Shown piece by piece: positions 22,931 to 36,639 of a DNA stretch of 64,000 bases (position 1 is the stretch's first letter; each line of letters begins with the position of its first letter). The notes beneath the pieces are model-generated. The model was not told the DNA's origin. It was given only the letters and a program-made list of their open reading frames with translations, and ran no database searches. The position numbers and the translations under genes are program-made. This DNA comes from Macrostomum lignano (taxonomy: Eukaryota). Location: assembly GCA_002269645.1 (NCBI GenBank), contig NIVC01000980.1, positions 1 to 64,000 on the forward strand. Reading direction: 5' to 3'.

Positions 22931-25900
22931 TCAGTCTTGAGTCGGGTCGGCAAATTCCCACAGCTCAATGTCGCGCACAAGAAAATCCTCTTTCGGGCCG
23001 CACAGTACCGGACTATTGAAGGTGTCGCATCGCTGCGATCGGCCTCTGAATAAGCCGGAGTCCAGCCAGATTGCGCAGCGGCCGCGGCAGCTGCCAACCG
23101 TGAAAGCGTCAGTAGCCCCGCGCATAAAGTACGTGTTCTCCCCGGTCCAGCAGTACTGATAGAAGTCGCTATCTTCTTCTTCTTCATCTTCATCTTCGTC
23201 CTCGCTATTGTCCTCGTCGTTCTCCTTGTTGTCGTTGTTGTTGCCAGCCAAGTCTTGGCTTGAGTCGTCGGCGCTTCTGTCTCCGCCGGCTTCAACGTTG
23301 AACTGGCAGGCGCCGCTGCCGCCGCTGCCGCTGCTGGGGTCGCGAATCTGTTTGACAGGCCGCTCCCAGCGGAACACGAATGTCTCCCCGGTGCCATAGT
23401 AGTGCTCTGATTGGCGCATCACTCCGCTGAGGAGTGCGCCGAACAGGTGAGCGTCAGTGTCCAGCACAAGCAGCAGGCAGAAGGAGTCTGGCGCGGCTGC
23501 GTTCTCGGCGCAGGCCCGATAGGCGCTTTTCAAGCTGAACCCGTGCCTGCCAGCCGAGTACAGCAGGCTCAGGTTGAGTCCCTCGGCTCTGGGCGGCAGC
23601 ACCTTTACAAGGTGGCGAAGTCGCCGGTTAGTCAGGAGGCGGGAGCGGCCGTGGACGAGGCGAGGCAGCGGCAGATCCTCCCGGCCGGGCAAAATCAAGG
23701 AGGTCTGGTCGGCGCAGATCAACTGCCAGCTACCCGCTACATTGCCGCTGCCGGCGGCGCCGCCTTCCATGAAATAATAGTCGTCTGGCCGACCGGACCT
23801 TGACGGCAGCGGCTGGGACTGGAACACAATGGCGGTGCTACTTTCAATAGTATTAGCACAGAATAGAATTTGCCTGACAGTAAGCCTGAACTGAGCCTGA
23901 ACTGAGCCTGACGCTAAAAATGAACTGTGCCTAAAAACAGATCCTAAACTGTGCCTGAAACTAAGAATGAACTGTGTCTGAAACTAAGAATAAACTGTGC
24001 CTGAAACACCTGAAACCAAGCCCGAACCTCACCTGAAACCAAGCCCGAACCTCACCTGAAACCAAGCCCGAACCTCACCTGAAACCAAGCCCGAATCTCA
24101 TCTGAAACTAAGCCCGAATCTCATCTAAAACCAAGCCCGAATTTCATCTGAAAACAAGCCTGAACCAAGCCTAAACTAAGCCTAAACCAAGCCTAAACCA
24201 AGCCTAAACCAAGCCTAAACCAAGCCTAAACCAAGCCTAAACTAAGCCTGAACCAAGCCTAAACTAAGCCTGAACTAAACCTGAACAAAGCCTGAAACTA
24301 AGCCTGAACCAAGCCTAAACTAAGCCTAAACTAAGCCTGAACTAAGCCTAAACTAAGCCTGAACTAAGCCTGAACTAAGCCTGAAACTAAGCCTGAACTA
24401 AGCCTGAACTAAGCCTAAACTAAGCCTGAACTAAGCCTGAACTAAGCCTGAACTAAGCCTGAACTGAGCCTGAACTAAGCCTGAGACAAAGCAGAATTTG
24501 CTGCTCACCTGATCTGTGCCTCCGCTTCCACCGGCGCCGCCAGCGGCAGCGGCAGCGGCGCCACAGCGCCTCAAAAACACGTACAACATATCAGCGTCGC
24601 GCTTATCCACGGAGAACCAGAGCTCGTCCTGGCGGCTGGCGCTGATTGGGCCGCGTTTGCCGCGCCGGCTGCCGCTCCTGGCGGGGCCGCCCATAGCCCG
24701 CGGCTTCAACGAGACGCAGAGATACAACGGCCGGTCCTCGAACTGGGTGCACGTGTGCGGATGCAGACGCTCTGCGGCTAGCTGGGCGGGCGGCTGAGAC
24801 AAGTCGGTGACCTGGCGTAGATCGTGCCGCTGAGTGGAAAACAGGCCGCAGGACAGGTCCACCATGAGCTGCTGGGGCAGCTGGCTGAAGCTGCTGGCTG
24901 AACCAAGACTGTTCGGGGTCACGGAAGCGGCCTCGGCGCCAGCCAGCGCGTATTCGCTGACTCCGCCTGCGACTGCGGCTGCTAGCCGCTCCTCCCGGCG
25001 CAGAGCCATCAGTTCTGGAGTGTTGTAGGCGTTCAACGACATCACGTGACCAAGCGGATGGGCCACGCTGTACATATCTGGGCCGCGCTCGATAACCAAT
25101 GGGTCGGAGACGTTGGGATCGAACAGGATGGTGTTGGGCGTCACCAGCAGGGTGCCGGAGACCACACCGTCGCCGTGGGTCATCAGACGAACTTTGGCTT
25201 TGATAAATTTGCGCTCGTGAGGGTCCTCCGGCGGCGGCTTCGGCGGCTCAACGGCGGCTGGGACGGCCGCTGCTGCAGCTGCGGGCGTCGAGCCGATGGC
25301 GTCGTCCTCGCCGTTTGTGGACGTCGAGCTGAAGTTGGACGACTCCGACTGGGACTTGCTCAGCGACTGGCAGCCACCGCCTTCAGCTGTTGCGCCAGCT
25401 GCAGTCGGCGAAGGCGGCGGCGGAGCGTCGGGATCGGGCACGATGAGGCGCATGCCCGGGAACACAATCCGATTGCTGCGCCTGTTTAGCAGGCAGAGCT
25501 CCGACGGTGTGCTGTTGAACCGGGCGGCTATGCTGTTCAGGGTGTCCCTGTCGCGTACCTGAGATACGGAGAGAACCGGGTGTCTCGTTTAGCATCAGAA
25601 TGTCTTAGTGATACTCTCGTAATGACGAGAGTAGCGTTCAAAGTAGGGGTAAAAACACGGATTTGGAGGGTCAGCAGACACGAGTGGAAGTGGCGAGCCA
25701 AAGAGACCGGATGTAGAGGGTCAGCAGACACGAGTGGAAGTAACGAGCTGAAGAACCCGGATGTAGAGGGGTCAGCAGACACGAGTGGGTGTGGCGAGCC
25801 AAAGAGACCGGATGTAGAGGTTTAGCAGACACGAGTGGAAGTGGCGACCTGAAGAACCCGGATGTAGAGGGGTCAGCAGACACGAGTGGAAGTAACGAGC

Positions 25901-27328
25901 TGAAGAACCCGGATGTAGAGGGGTCAGCAGACACGAGTGGGTGTGGCGAGCCAAAGAGACCGGATGTAGAGGTTTAGCAGACACGAGTGGAAGTGGCGAC
26001 CTGAAGAACCCGGATGTAGAGGGGTCAGCAGACACGAGTGGAAGTGGGGACCTGAAGAACCCGGATGCACTTCTGGATGCAGCAAAATTTCTGCTTTCAG
26101 AAGAATTTCATACCATGCACCTAAATACGCAGCTAATTATAAAAGAAATTTAGAAGCTTCCAGGTATTTCTTACTATCATATGAATATGGGAGCGAATCG
26201 CAAACCTTTGATCATCAAATTTCCTTCATCAAATATGCCTTCGGGCTCATAATCCGGGCCTCTTAAAAAAAGCGAGACAGTCGGCTAAAGAGGGTGGAAA
26301 TCTCGGTGGAAATCAGCCGGCCTGGCGCGAGATTGCAGAAAAAAACTAAAAAACTAAAAATCTTAGTTTTCACATCGACTGGGCTTGCCCGGCCGGGCCA
26401 ACTGCTTCCCTCATCGCCCTCCTTTTATTCCCACGCCGCAGTCTCCTCCTCTACCCCTCCCTCCCTCGACCACTTTCAAGGAAATGAATTTCCATAATAA
26501 TGAGTTTTTGCATTCTCAATAACCCCGAAGCCCCCCCCTGGGCTCTTCACAAATTTCTTCAATTCAGCAGCCTTGAAGGCCCCAAAATTCGACGGCTAGT
26601 AGTCACGGGGCGCAGGGAATGCGTGCGAGAGAGATTACTCTAGCGAATGAGAATGTCGCATAAATCACAAATGGGAGGCAATTATCAGGATTAGCGGCTT
26701 GGCCTGGCAGACGAGAGTCGAGCTATGCAATAGAATAGAAAGGAACGCAGGTGATACTTGTAAACACTTAACTTAGTTATTAATAACCGTGAATAATCGG
26801 TAAGGCTAATCTCATGAAATATTATTTAACTGAATAAAAGTTAATACAAATTATATATTTTAAACTAATGTTTCAATACTAGATTGATGCAAATTTTATG
26901 GCAGTGAATACACCTGATCAACTGACACCTTTGTGCTCAAACTGACACCCCTTTATGGTCAAACTGACACCTTCTCACAATCAAACTGACACCCTCTCAC
27001 GATTAAACTGACACCCTCTCACGATCAAACTAATATCTTCTCATGGTCAACCTGATACCTCACGGTCAGACAGTGTGTCACAGCCAGTCCCACAGGCAAG
27101 TAAGCGAGGACACTACAAGGACATCCAGTAAAAAACAAGGCTTGGCTCCAGTAAAACAAAGAGTGCTCACAGTGTACTCAATGGTAGCCTTTTCGGAGGC
27201 TGAACCGGTCGACCCGGTAGATTCCTTCGGCGGCTTCATTCGCTTGCGTCGCTTTCGCTTCTTCTTCTTCTGGGCCAGGCGCTCACTGATGGACTCTGCG
27301 GACCGCGCGGGAACACAACTCTGGGTTG
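22931..27328 (-). CDS. OXR1: OXR1/NCOA7 (mustard)-like LysM-GRAM-TLDc protein, 5' end not resolved
   Basis: Exons 27328-27171 (basic KKKKRKRRKR, ends IEYT), 25558-24509 (LysM VRDRDTLNSIAARFNSTPSEL; GRAM-like GVVSGTLLVTPNTILFDPN) and 23818-22931 (TLDc LLYSAGRHGFSL, HYYGTGETFVF, AIWLDSGLFRGRSQRCDTFNS). Phases are consistent. Confidence 0.88.
23885..24480. repeat. Compound 10-23-bp intronic repeat
   Basis: CCTGAAACCAAGCCCGAACCTCA grading into AAGCCTAAACC/AAGCCTGAACT. Confidence 0.9.
25670..26070. repeat. 50/51-bp intronic tandem repeat, ~8 copies
   Basis: GTCAGCAGACACGAGTGGAAGTGGCGA..CCGGATGTAGAGG with three unit variants. Confidence 0.93.
26915..27065. repeat. ~22-bp degenerate intronic repeat
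   Basis: AACTGACACCCTCTCACGATCA-like units. Confidence 0.8.
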
Positions 27329-27603
27329 CTATGCGGGTTTATTGCATATAATACTAATATTATATGGTTAATGGCTACCAAAATAATAAAATAACAGCAA
27401 CTAGGCGCTAAAGGAAAAGCACAGATTATTTCGCAAGAATTGAGATTCCGGCGGTCAGTAAGGCGCAATAAAATTGGATCGAATAGGTAAATTTTTGGTA
27501 AGCCTGGATTAGCCTGGAAGTGCTGGATTACGCAAAATTAGACAAACTTTAATATAATATTCTAAGGTCAAGCATATCAGGTCAATATTCGATATCTAAC
27601 TAA

Positions 27604-28150
27604 CTCTGGGATCAAGCATCTGAGGTCAATCTTGGGGATCTAGAACTCTGGGATCAAGCATCTGAGGTCAATCTTGGAGATCTACAACTCTAAGATCAAA
27701 CATCTAAGGTCAATCTTGGGGATCTAGAACTCTGGGATCAAGCATCTGAGGTCAATCTTGGGGATCTAGAACTCTGGGATCAAGCATCTGAGGTCAATCT
27801 TGGGGATCTAGAACTCTGAGATCAAGCATCTAAGGTCAATCTTGGGGATCTAGAACTCTGGGATCAAGCATCTGAGGTCAATCTTGGGGATCTAGAACTC
27901 TGAGATCAAGCATCTGAGGTCAATCTTGGGGATCTAGAACTCTGAGATCAAGCATCTAAGGTCAATCTTGGGGATCTAGAACTCTGGGATCAAGCATCTG
28001 AGGTCAATCTTGGGGATCTAGAACTCTGGGATCAAGCATCTAAGGTCAATCTTGGGGATCTAGAACTCTGGGATCAAGCATCTGAGGTCAATCTTGGGGA
28101 TCAAACATCTTAGGTCAATCTTTGGGATCTAAATCTGGAATCAAGCATCT
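27604..28150. repeat. 42-bp tandem repeat, ~13 copies
   Basis: TCTGGGATCAAGCATCTGAGGTCAATCTTGGGGATCTAGAAC. Confidence 0.95.
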
Positions 28151-28747
28151 GAGTTAAGCTGCAGCTAATCTCAGACGCATGACATTAGTAACAGGTAGTC
28201 AAATCATCGATCAAACTAAAACTTCAAACGTAAAGTGGACATTTTTAAGTGTGTACATTTTTCGATTGCGCTAAAAACTAACAATGCGTAGCTACGAATA
28301 TTTAGCAAAAGTGCGTTCAATTAGTTTGTGGATCAGCTCGTACATTACTGCGTGCTTCACTCTATCGCATAACATTAACACAGCGGAAAATCTCTACTCG
28401 AATAGCTGGGTAGATTCGGGACAGTGGCAATTTCTTGGACTTTGACCCTGCAAAAATATCTACGCATGATTGTCTGCTATGCAAGCGAAAATTCGATCAA
28501 GGGGCTAAGCTTAGCTACAGTTGGACTAAGGTTGGACTATAGGGTGGAGACGAGGCCAAACGAAGGGCTGCGCGAGTGGATTTTCCGGCTTAGAGTCATA
28601 AACTAATTACTTTGCGCAGGTAATTAAGCGGTGCAGTCTGGCAGAAGTCAATTGATTGATTGGTCTGGTCAGGGTCACGGGAGACATGGAAGCGACACCC
28701 CCCCCCCCCTAAAAATGTCTGCACAGAATTCTCGATCATTTCGTCTC

Positions 28748-31700
28748 GTTTTACAGCTGATGAAATTCTTCTCAACCGACACAACTTTTATACGAAAAGA
28801 ATCATGCGTTTTACAGCTGATGGAATTCATCTCAACTGACACAACTTTCATACGAAAAGAATCATGCGTTTTACAGCTGATGGAATTCTTCTCAACCGAC
28901 ACAACTTTCATACGAAAAGAATCATGCGTTTTACAGCTGATGAAATTCTTCTCAACCGACACAACTTTCATACGAAAAGAATCATGCGTTTTATAGCTGA
29001 TGAAATTCTTCTCAACTGACACAACTTTCATACGAAAAGAATCATGCGTTTTACAGCTGATGAAATTCTTCTCAACCGACACAACTTTCATACGAAAAGA
29101 ATCATGCGTTTTACAGCTGATGGAATTCATCTCAACTGACACAACTTTCATACGAAAAGAATCATGCGTTTTACAGCTGATGAAATTCATCTCAACTGAC
29201 ACAACTTTCATACGAAAAGAATCATGCGTTTTACAGCTGATGGAATTCTTCTCAACTGACACAACTTTCATACGAAAAGAATCATGCGTTTTACAGCTGA
29301 TGGAATTCTTCTCAACCGACACAACTTTCATACGAAAAGAATCATGCGTTTTACAGCTGATGGAATTCATCTCAACTGACACAACTTTCATACGAAAAGA
29401 ATCATGCGTTTTACAGCTGATGGAATTCATCTCAACTGACACAACTTTCATACGAAAAGAATCATGCGTTTTACAGCTGATGGAATTCTTCTCAACCGAC
29501 ACAACTTTCATACGAAAAGAATCATGCGTTTTACAGCTGATGAAATTCTTCTCAACTGACACAACTTTCATACGAAAAGAATCATGCGTTTTACAGCTGA
29601 TGAAATTCTTCTCAACTGACACAACTTTCATACGAAAAGAATCATGCGTTTTACAGCTGATGAAATTCTTCTCAACCGACACAACTTTCATACGAAAAGA
29701 ATCATGCGTTTTACAGCTGATGGAATTCTTCTCAACTGACACAACTTTCATACGAAAAGAATCATGCGTTTTACAGCTGATGGAATTCATCTCAACTGAC
29801 ACAACTTTCATACGAAAAGAATCATGCGTTTTACAGCTGATGGAATTCTTCTCAACTGACACAACTTTCATACGAAAAGAATCATGCGTTTTACAGCTGA
29901 TGGAATTCTTCTCAACCGACACAACTTTCATACGAAAAGAATCATGCGTTTTACAGCTGATGAAATTCTTCTCAACTGACACAACTTTCATACGAAAAGA
30001 ATCATGCGTTTTACAGCTGATGAAATTCTTCTCAACTGACACAACTTTCATACGAAAAGAATCATGCGTTTTACAGCTGATGGAATTCTTCTCAACTGAC
30101 ACAACTTTCATACGAAAAGAATCATGCGTTTTACAGCTGATGAAATTCTTCTCAACTGACACAACTTTCATACGAAAAGAATCATGCGTTTTACAGCTGA
30201 TGGAATTCTTCTCAACCGACACAACTTTCATACGAAAAGAATCATGCGTTTTACAGCTGATGAAATTCTTCTCAACCGACACAACTTTCATACGAAAAGA
30301 ATCATGCGTTTTACAGCTGATGGAATTCTTCTCAACTGACACAACTTTCATACGAAAAGAATCATGCGTTTTACAGCTGATGAAATTCTTCTCAACTGAC
30401 ACAACTTTCATACGAAAAGAATCATGCGTTTTACAGCTGATGAAATTCTTCTCAACTGACACAACTTTCATACGAAAAGAATCATGCGTTTTACAGCTGA
30501 TGAAATTCTTCTCAACTGACACAACTTTCATACGAAAAGAATCATGCGTTTTACAGCTGATGAAATTCTTCTCAACTGACACAACTTTCATACGAAAAGA
30601 ATCATGCGTTTTACAGCTGATGGAATTCTTCTCAACTGACACAACTTTCATACGAAAAGAATCATGCGTTTTACAGCTGATGAAATTCTTCTCAACTGAC
30701 ACAACTTTCATACGAAAAGAATCATGCGTTTTACAGCTGATGGAATTCTTCTCAACTGACACAACTTTCATACGAAAAGAATCATGCGTTTTACAGCTGA
30801 TGGAATTCTTCTCAACTGACACAACTTTTATACGAAAAGAATCATGCGTTTTACAGCTGATGGAATTCTTCTCAACTGACACAACTTTCATACGAAAAGA
30901 ATCATGCGTTTTACAGCTGATGAAATTCTTCTCAACTGACACAACTTTCATACGAAAAGAATCATGCGTTTTACAGCTGATGGAATTCTTCTCAACTGAC
31001 ACAACTTTCATACGAAAAGAATCATGCGTTTTACAGCTGATGAAATTCTTCTCAACTGACACAACTTTCATACGAAAAGAATCATGCGTTTTACAGCTGA
31101 TGGAATTCATCTCAACTGACACAACTTTCATACGAAAAGAATCATGCGTTTTACAGCTGATGAAATTCTTCTCAACTGACACAACTTTCATACGAAAAGA
31201 ATCATGCGTTTTACAGCTGATGGAATTCTTCTCAACTGACACAACTTTCATACGAAAAGAATTATGCGTTTTACAGCTGATGGAATTCTTCTCAACTGAC
31301 ACAACTTTCATACGAAAAGAATCATGCGTTTTACAGCTGATGAAATTCTTCTCAACTGACACAACTTTTATACGAAAAGAATCATGCGTTTTACAGCTGA
31401 TGGAATTCATCTCAACTGACACAACTTTCATACGAAAAGAATCATGCGTTTTACAGCTGATGGAATTCTTCTCAACTGACACAACTTTCATACGAAAAGA
31501 ATCATGCGTTTTACAGCTGATGGAATTCTTCTCAACTGACACAACTTTCATACGAAAAGAATCATGCGTTTTACAGCTGATGAAATTCTTCTCAACTGAC
31601 ACAACTTTCATACGAAAAGAATCATGCGTTTTACAGCTGATGAAATTCTTCTCAACTGACACAACTTTTATACGAAAAGAATCATGCGTTTTACAGCTGA

Positions 31701-31806
31701 TGGAATTCATCTCAACTGACACAACTTTCATACGAAAAGAATCATGCGTTTTACAGCTGATGGAATTCTTCTCAACCGACACAACTTTCATACGAAAAGA
31801 ATCATG
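28748..31806. repeat. 60-bp satellite, ~51 copies
   Basis: TTTTACAGCTGATG(A/G)AATTC(T/A)TCTCAAC(T/C)GACACAACTTT(C/T)ATACGAAAAGAATCATGCG repeats exactly in register with the 60-nt sequence lines. Confidence 0.99.
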
Positions 31807-32374
31807 ACAATTTACAACTTTCTCTTTTTGTTAGAAAAAGAAAATCTATTTTTGTAAATGACATCTAGATTCTATCAAATTTGTTCAAATTTCAATATCG
31901 ATTTCAGGCACTCTGTCGTGTGTAAGAATGAAACCTTAGTCTGCACGATCCAACTGAAGTTGGTTAATCAGACCCAATGAGCGAACGATGTAAACCAAGA
32001 GTGGCAACATCACCCTCCCCCCTCTCTCTCTGGTAACAGCAGGCGTCTCCAACGCACTCGATAAATCAATAGACAAATCATAAATAATATTTCCTCAGCA
32101 CTAGCGGGGCGCCGAAACTGTGCATAATGATCCATAGTTAATGTATAGACATAACTCTCAGTGAGTTAGTCAGCCTTACCAATTATATAATGAGATATAT
32201 TCTAATCCAGAAATCAATCCGAATATGCTGCTTAGTCTGACTTCGATTTTATACGAGCTAAATTATAAGAAAGCTTTAAGCCAAGTTACACGAGAACTTT
32301 TTCTTCTTTGTCCATCATTCACTGCAGGCGTATAGAGCGTAAAAGTTTCACTACTGATTTCTGACTTTTCCCAC

Positions 32375-33075
32375 TTTGCAATTCCCCAATCTTACAGAGT
32401 GGGCACTGCAATTCCCTAATCTTACAGAGTGGCCGCTGCAATTCCCCAATCTTACAGAGTGGGCGCTGCAATTCCCCAATCTTACAGAGTGGGTGCTGCA
32501 ATTCCCTAATCTTACAGAGTGGGTGCTGCAATTCCCTAATCTTACAGAGTGGGCGCTGCAATTCCCCAATCTTACAGAGTGGGTGCTGCAATTCCCCAAT
32601 TTTACAGAGTGGGTGCTGCAATTCCCTAATCTTACAGAGTGGGTGCTGCAATTCCCTAATCTTACAGAGTGGGTGCTGCGATTCCCCAATCTTACAGAGT
32701 GGGCGCTGCAATTCCCTAATCTTACACAGTGGGCGCTGCAATTCCCTAATCTTACACAGTGGGCGCTGCAATTCCCCAATCTTACACAGTGGGCGCTGCA
32801 ATTCCATAATCTTACAGAGTGGGTGCTGCGATTCCCCAATCTTACAGAGTGGGCGCTGCAATTCCCTAATCTTACACAGTGGGCGCTGCAATTCCCTAAT
32901 CTTACACAGTGGGCGCTGCAATTCCCCAATCTTACAGAGTGGGCGCTGCAATTCCATAATCTTACACAGTGGGCGCTGCAATTCTCCAATCTTACAGAGT
33001 GGGCGCTGCAATTCCCCAATCTTACAGAGTGGGCGCTGCAATTCCCTTATCTTACACAGTGGGCGCTGCAATTCC
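32375..33075. repeat. 30-bp tandem repeat, ~23 copies
   Basis: TGCAATTCCCCAATCTTACAGAGTGGGCGC units. Confidence 0.96.
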
Positions 33076-33868
33076 ACACTCCCGCAGAGCACTAAGTACA
33101 ACAATTCCGCAGCAAAAAGTGCACTGTTGTGGCTTGGGATTAGCGAGTCCTTCACGCCAGCCAGGAGAAAATGATGAGGGGACAAAGACAGTCAGTCTAG
33201 CAGGGGGCTGGGGGCTCAGGCAGAGGAGGACACGCAGGCTACGCCCGTCCTCCCCCTCCCCCCCCCGGAGCAAGGCCTCAATCCAGCGAGCGAGTCGGAG
33301 TCGCAAGCAAGCTTTAGGCAAACTATATATTTACATCTAACTAGTAGGCCTGTATGGAATCCAATCGAACACAAGTCTTACAGCCTGTCGGTCTCCTCTC
33401 CCCCCTTACACGCAGGCTACCCGATCAAAACGGATTAGAGCCTAGTGCTTGTGCTCTCCGACGCCACTCTTAGCTGATTCGCTAAACCTTTCTATACTTA
33501 CTAGACAAAAATCAGCCAGCTCATACTTAGTAGCTAATAATTATTGAAAAAGTACAAAACCAGTAACAGAGGCTCGAATACACAGCTGACTCGTATGCTG
33601 TAGCTAGAGAATTATGGCTTTTTGGGTAAAAGAATTTGACAAAAAGTTTAGTTTAAAGTGTGCACGGTTGTTATTGAGTTACAGCGATGGAGAGAGATGT
33701 AGAGGACGATGCGTGCGGATAGCAGATCGAATTCAATTACACCACCATCCCACGACCGAGGCAGCCGAGAGACGGGCAGTGAGTGAGCGAAGCGAGTGGA
33801 AAGCTGCGAGCACAAATTAAAAAACGCAAGACTTTGACACCATGCAAAGTTGAAGCTACTCTGACGGG

Positions 33869-33869
<1 letters not shown>

Positions 33870-33926
<57 letters not shown>

Positions 33927-33929
33927 GGC

Positions 33930-33966
<37 letters not shown>
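33870..33966. repeat. (CAGA)n microsatellite
   Basis: Direct reading. Confidence 0.97.
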
Positions 33967-36467
33967 GCCATCCGAGCTTTATTCATCATAATAATATTCG
34001 TCGCTGACTGTAAGTGAAAGCTGATTAGGAAAATTGAAATGGGATACAGACAGGGATTCCCAGTCGGCTGGGGCTGACTAATGTATCAGTCGAGCAGAAA
34101 GACTGCTCAAGGTTTGGAGGCTGGATACAAGAAAGTCCCCAACCCAAACCAACAAGATATTGGACTTGCCTCAGCCCTAGAATCCTATAATTATAGATAT
34201 TATGGATATCTTGATACAGTGAAAGCAAGAGCGGTCTTTCATAGGCCTTTAGCTGAGTATGCGCGCAGCAAAGGAGTGAGAATTAGTAAATGTTATTATT
34301 ATTATTGTATACATATACTATGTTTATAGCGCTACCAATTATCTGGAGGGATCTGCTATGATGAAATCCCTATCCAATTCGACCATGCCTCAGTAGTCTG
34401 ATTAGATGGGGAAAATTTTCCCCTTCGTTTCATTACGCATACAGCTACAGCGTCTATTACTCGTTAGGACGAAGTTTCCTACACTGCCGTTTATGCAACA
34501 GTAGCAACTTGCAGTCATTTCCGTTCCGACCTACAGGCCTATTGTTTTGGTAATTTTCTTTGCAGATTATGGATTAAACCTTCCACATAGAACGTAACGG
34601 TATACAGTAGCTACCTCGTGTTTGCAGGAAGGAGCCAGTCCTGCTATATATCCGCGCGTTACAAAAGCCTTCCAAACCACTGACACAAGAGGTTACAGAC
34701 AGGCGCATCAAGAAAGCGAATTTACCACTGGTAGGCTGACAACTTGTTTGTCTATACTATAGTCTGCTGCCTTGAACTGGCTCCAAATCTTGGCCATAGA
34801 ATCAAAAATCAAGTATGACAGGTTGCCAGCTAAGAATGTCTATGGCCAAAAAACCATTGATCCAGCGGGAATGTCTATGGTAAATGCTCACTTGACGCTG
34901 TGCTAACTGCAACACGCCCTTGGTCTCGCCCATAGACATAGAGAGGCGGGAAAAGGCAACCAAGTTGATACTACGAGCGTACGTTTCTTGAAAAATCTTT
35001 GGAGGCAGGTTTAATCGAAAAAATACATGTTACGGAGAATGGAGGTTTTCATTCTTTCAGCACAAAATCTGTTACTGTTTTTGATAGGAAGCAGACCCAA
35101 AGTTCTTCTTTTGATATTACTTGCCTCTCTTATAGCTCTATTAATATTCACATTTGTAAATCAACATAGAATAAAAACTTTCCAATGTCTATGGCCAAGA
35201 CCAAATCTACTGCTGCCAAACAGGAGTTCTCAGCACGGCTGAGAAAAGCAATAATGGATAGGCTGCGGAGGGCAGAGACGAGCCACAACGCCTCGAAGCG
35301 TTACCAAGTAAAGAGGTCTACCACCGAATAAAGTTTGTTTGAGCTGGGAAGTATCGCTTTAACAAAAAGTTGTTTTTTTTAAAAGTGCACGCGTCTAAAA
35401 GTACAGAGAAGGTCCATCTTACTTTATTTACAATAACTATCACCAGATATACTTTTTCTAGACGTGTTGAAACACAACTGAATTATAGAGTATCATCTCT
35501 CTCCCAGCCGCTGCCAAATGCATATATACCATACCCCAAGCTATACTTATAGCGTAGTGATTTCCAATCCAATGATGGCACTCAAAAAAAACTGAAGCAC
35601 AGACGCGTGCAAAGGCACGAAGTCAGCTATGCCATTGCAAGCAGTCGTATGTTGGAAAGAAAGAGGAGGGGAGAAAATCCCAGAACGGTTAGCAACTGAA
35701 GGATGAAGGGAAAAGCTCAAATCGCTGCCAAGCACCGTGCAGCCCTGTAGTCAGGCAGGCAGCCAAGCTCTCGCCTTCTATAATAGCCATCCTTCTAACC
35801 TTGATTTTCTTCAGCCACCGCCTCAGCTCCCCTCCACTCTACCGAGGCTTAATTTGCTATAGGCTTGGCTAGGGCAAGCCAGGCCAGCGGGGGAGGAGAG
35901 GAGGAGGACAGCAAAAGAGGGTAAGCCGATGGGAAAGCCGGATTGAAGCAAGAAGACACGGGGCGGATAGGAAAAGAGAAGAGGCTCTAGGCGAGTTGCA
36001 ATTTTTTTTTCAAATCCTCGCCGCTCAGCCCTCTTCCCAAAAGAGGAGAGAGAGCTGAAGCAGAGGCGGCCTACTAGGGGAAGAAGGCACTACAATATCT
36101 AGACTGCGGCAATAGATTCGGCCTACAGTCGAGTAAAGAAGCGGGGCGGGACAGAAGAGGGAGACGACCAGAGCAGGGGTCAATTAGACGGAGGAGAAGG
36201 GCGAGAGCGGGCAGGGAGGGAGTGAGGCAGGCTGTCAGAGTCTCGCTGCCTACTTCGCTGCACAGCTCACGCGACCGGCACACACAGACGGAGACGCCGA
36301 CAAACGAAGCGTGTCGACAGGCATTCCCGTGCGTTCGCCACGTCCACCCCCTGATAGAACGTGAAACTGCTCACAGTGCTCGTTTGTCAGCTGACCTCAT
36401 CCCCGAGGCGAGCTGCTGCTTCATTATTTGTCACACTAAACACGAAATCCTATGAAAATAGCACACA

Positions 36468-36639
36468 CATGCTTGGGCGCAACCTAGGGATTCACCCGGC
36501 CGTTTCTATTGGCAACACACACATGTAAGTCGCTATTGGACAGAATAGTAGTCACGTGAATGCTCTCAGCCAATAGCGACTTACATGTGTGTGTTGCCAA
36601 TAGAAACGGCCGGGTGAATCCCTAGGTTGCGCATGTATG
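36468..36639. mobile_element. Hairpin MITE, copy 2, with an 8-bp TSD (hAT-like)
   Basis: CATGCTTGGGCGCAACC...GGTTGCGCATGTATG flanked by AGCACACA at 36460-36467 and 36640-36647; long near-perfect inverted arms. Confidence 0.9.

Noticed and set aside
28748-31806. CRISPR-like regularity
   Set aside because: Contiguous near-identical units with no unique spacers, no cas genes, and a eukaryotic context.
28675-31807. 1038-aa and 935-aa ORFs on opposite strands
   Set aside because: A 60-bp (multiple of 3) satellite lacking stops in one frame per strand; the variable sites show no sign of coding constraint. Not a gene without expression data.
32319-33185. ORFs of 222-288 aa in three frames
   Set aside because: Arise from the 30-bp tandem repeat.
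36300-36430. Candidate upstream coding exon of OXR1 (MKQQLASGMRSADKRA)
   Set aside because: Its donor phase (2) does not match the 27328 acceptor (1), and there is no homology support.
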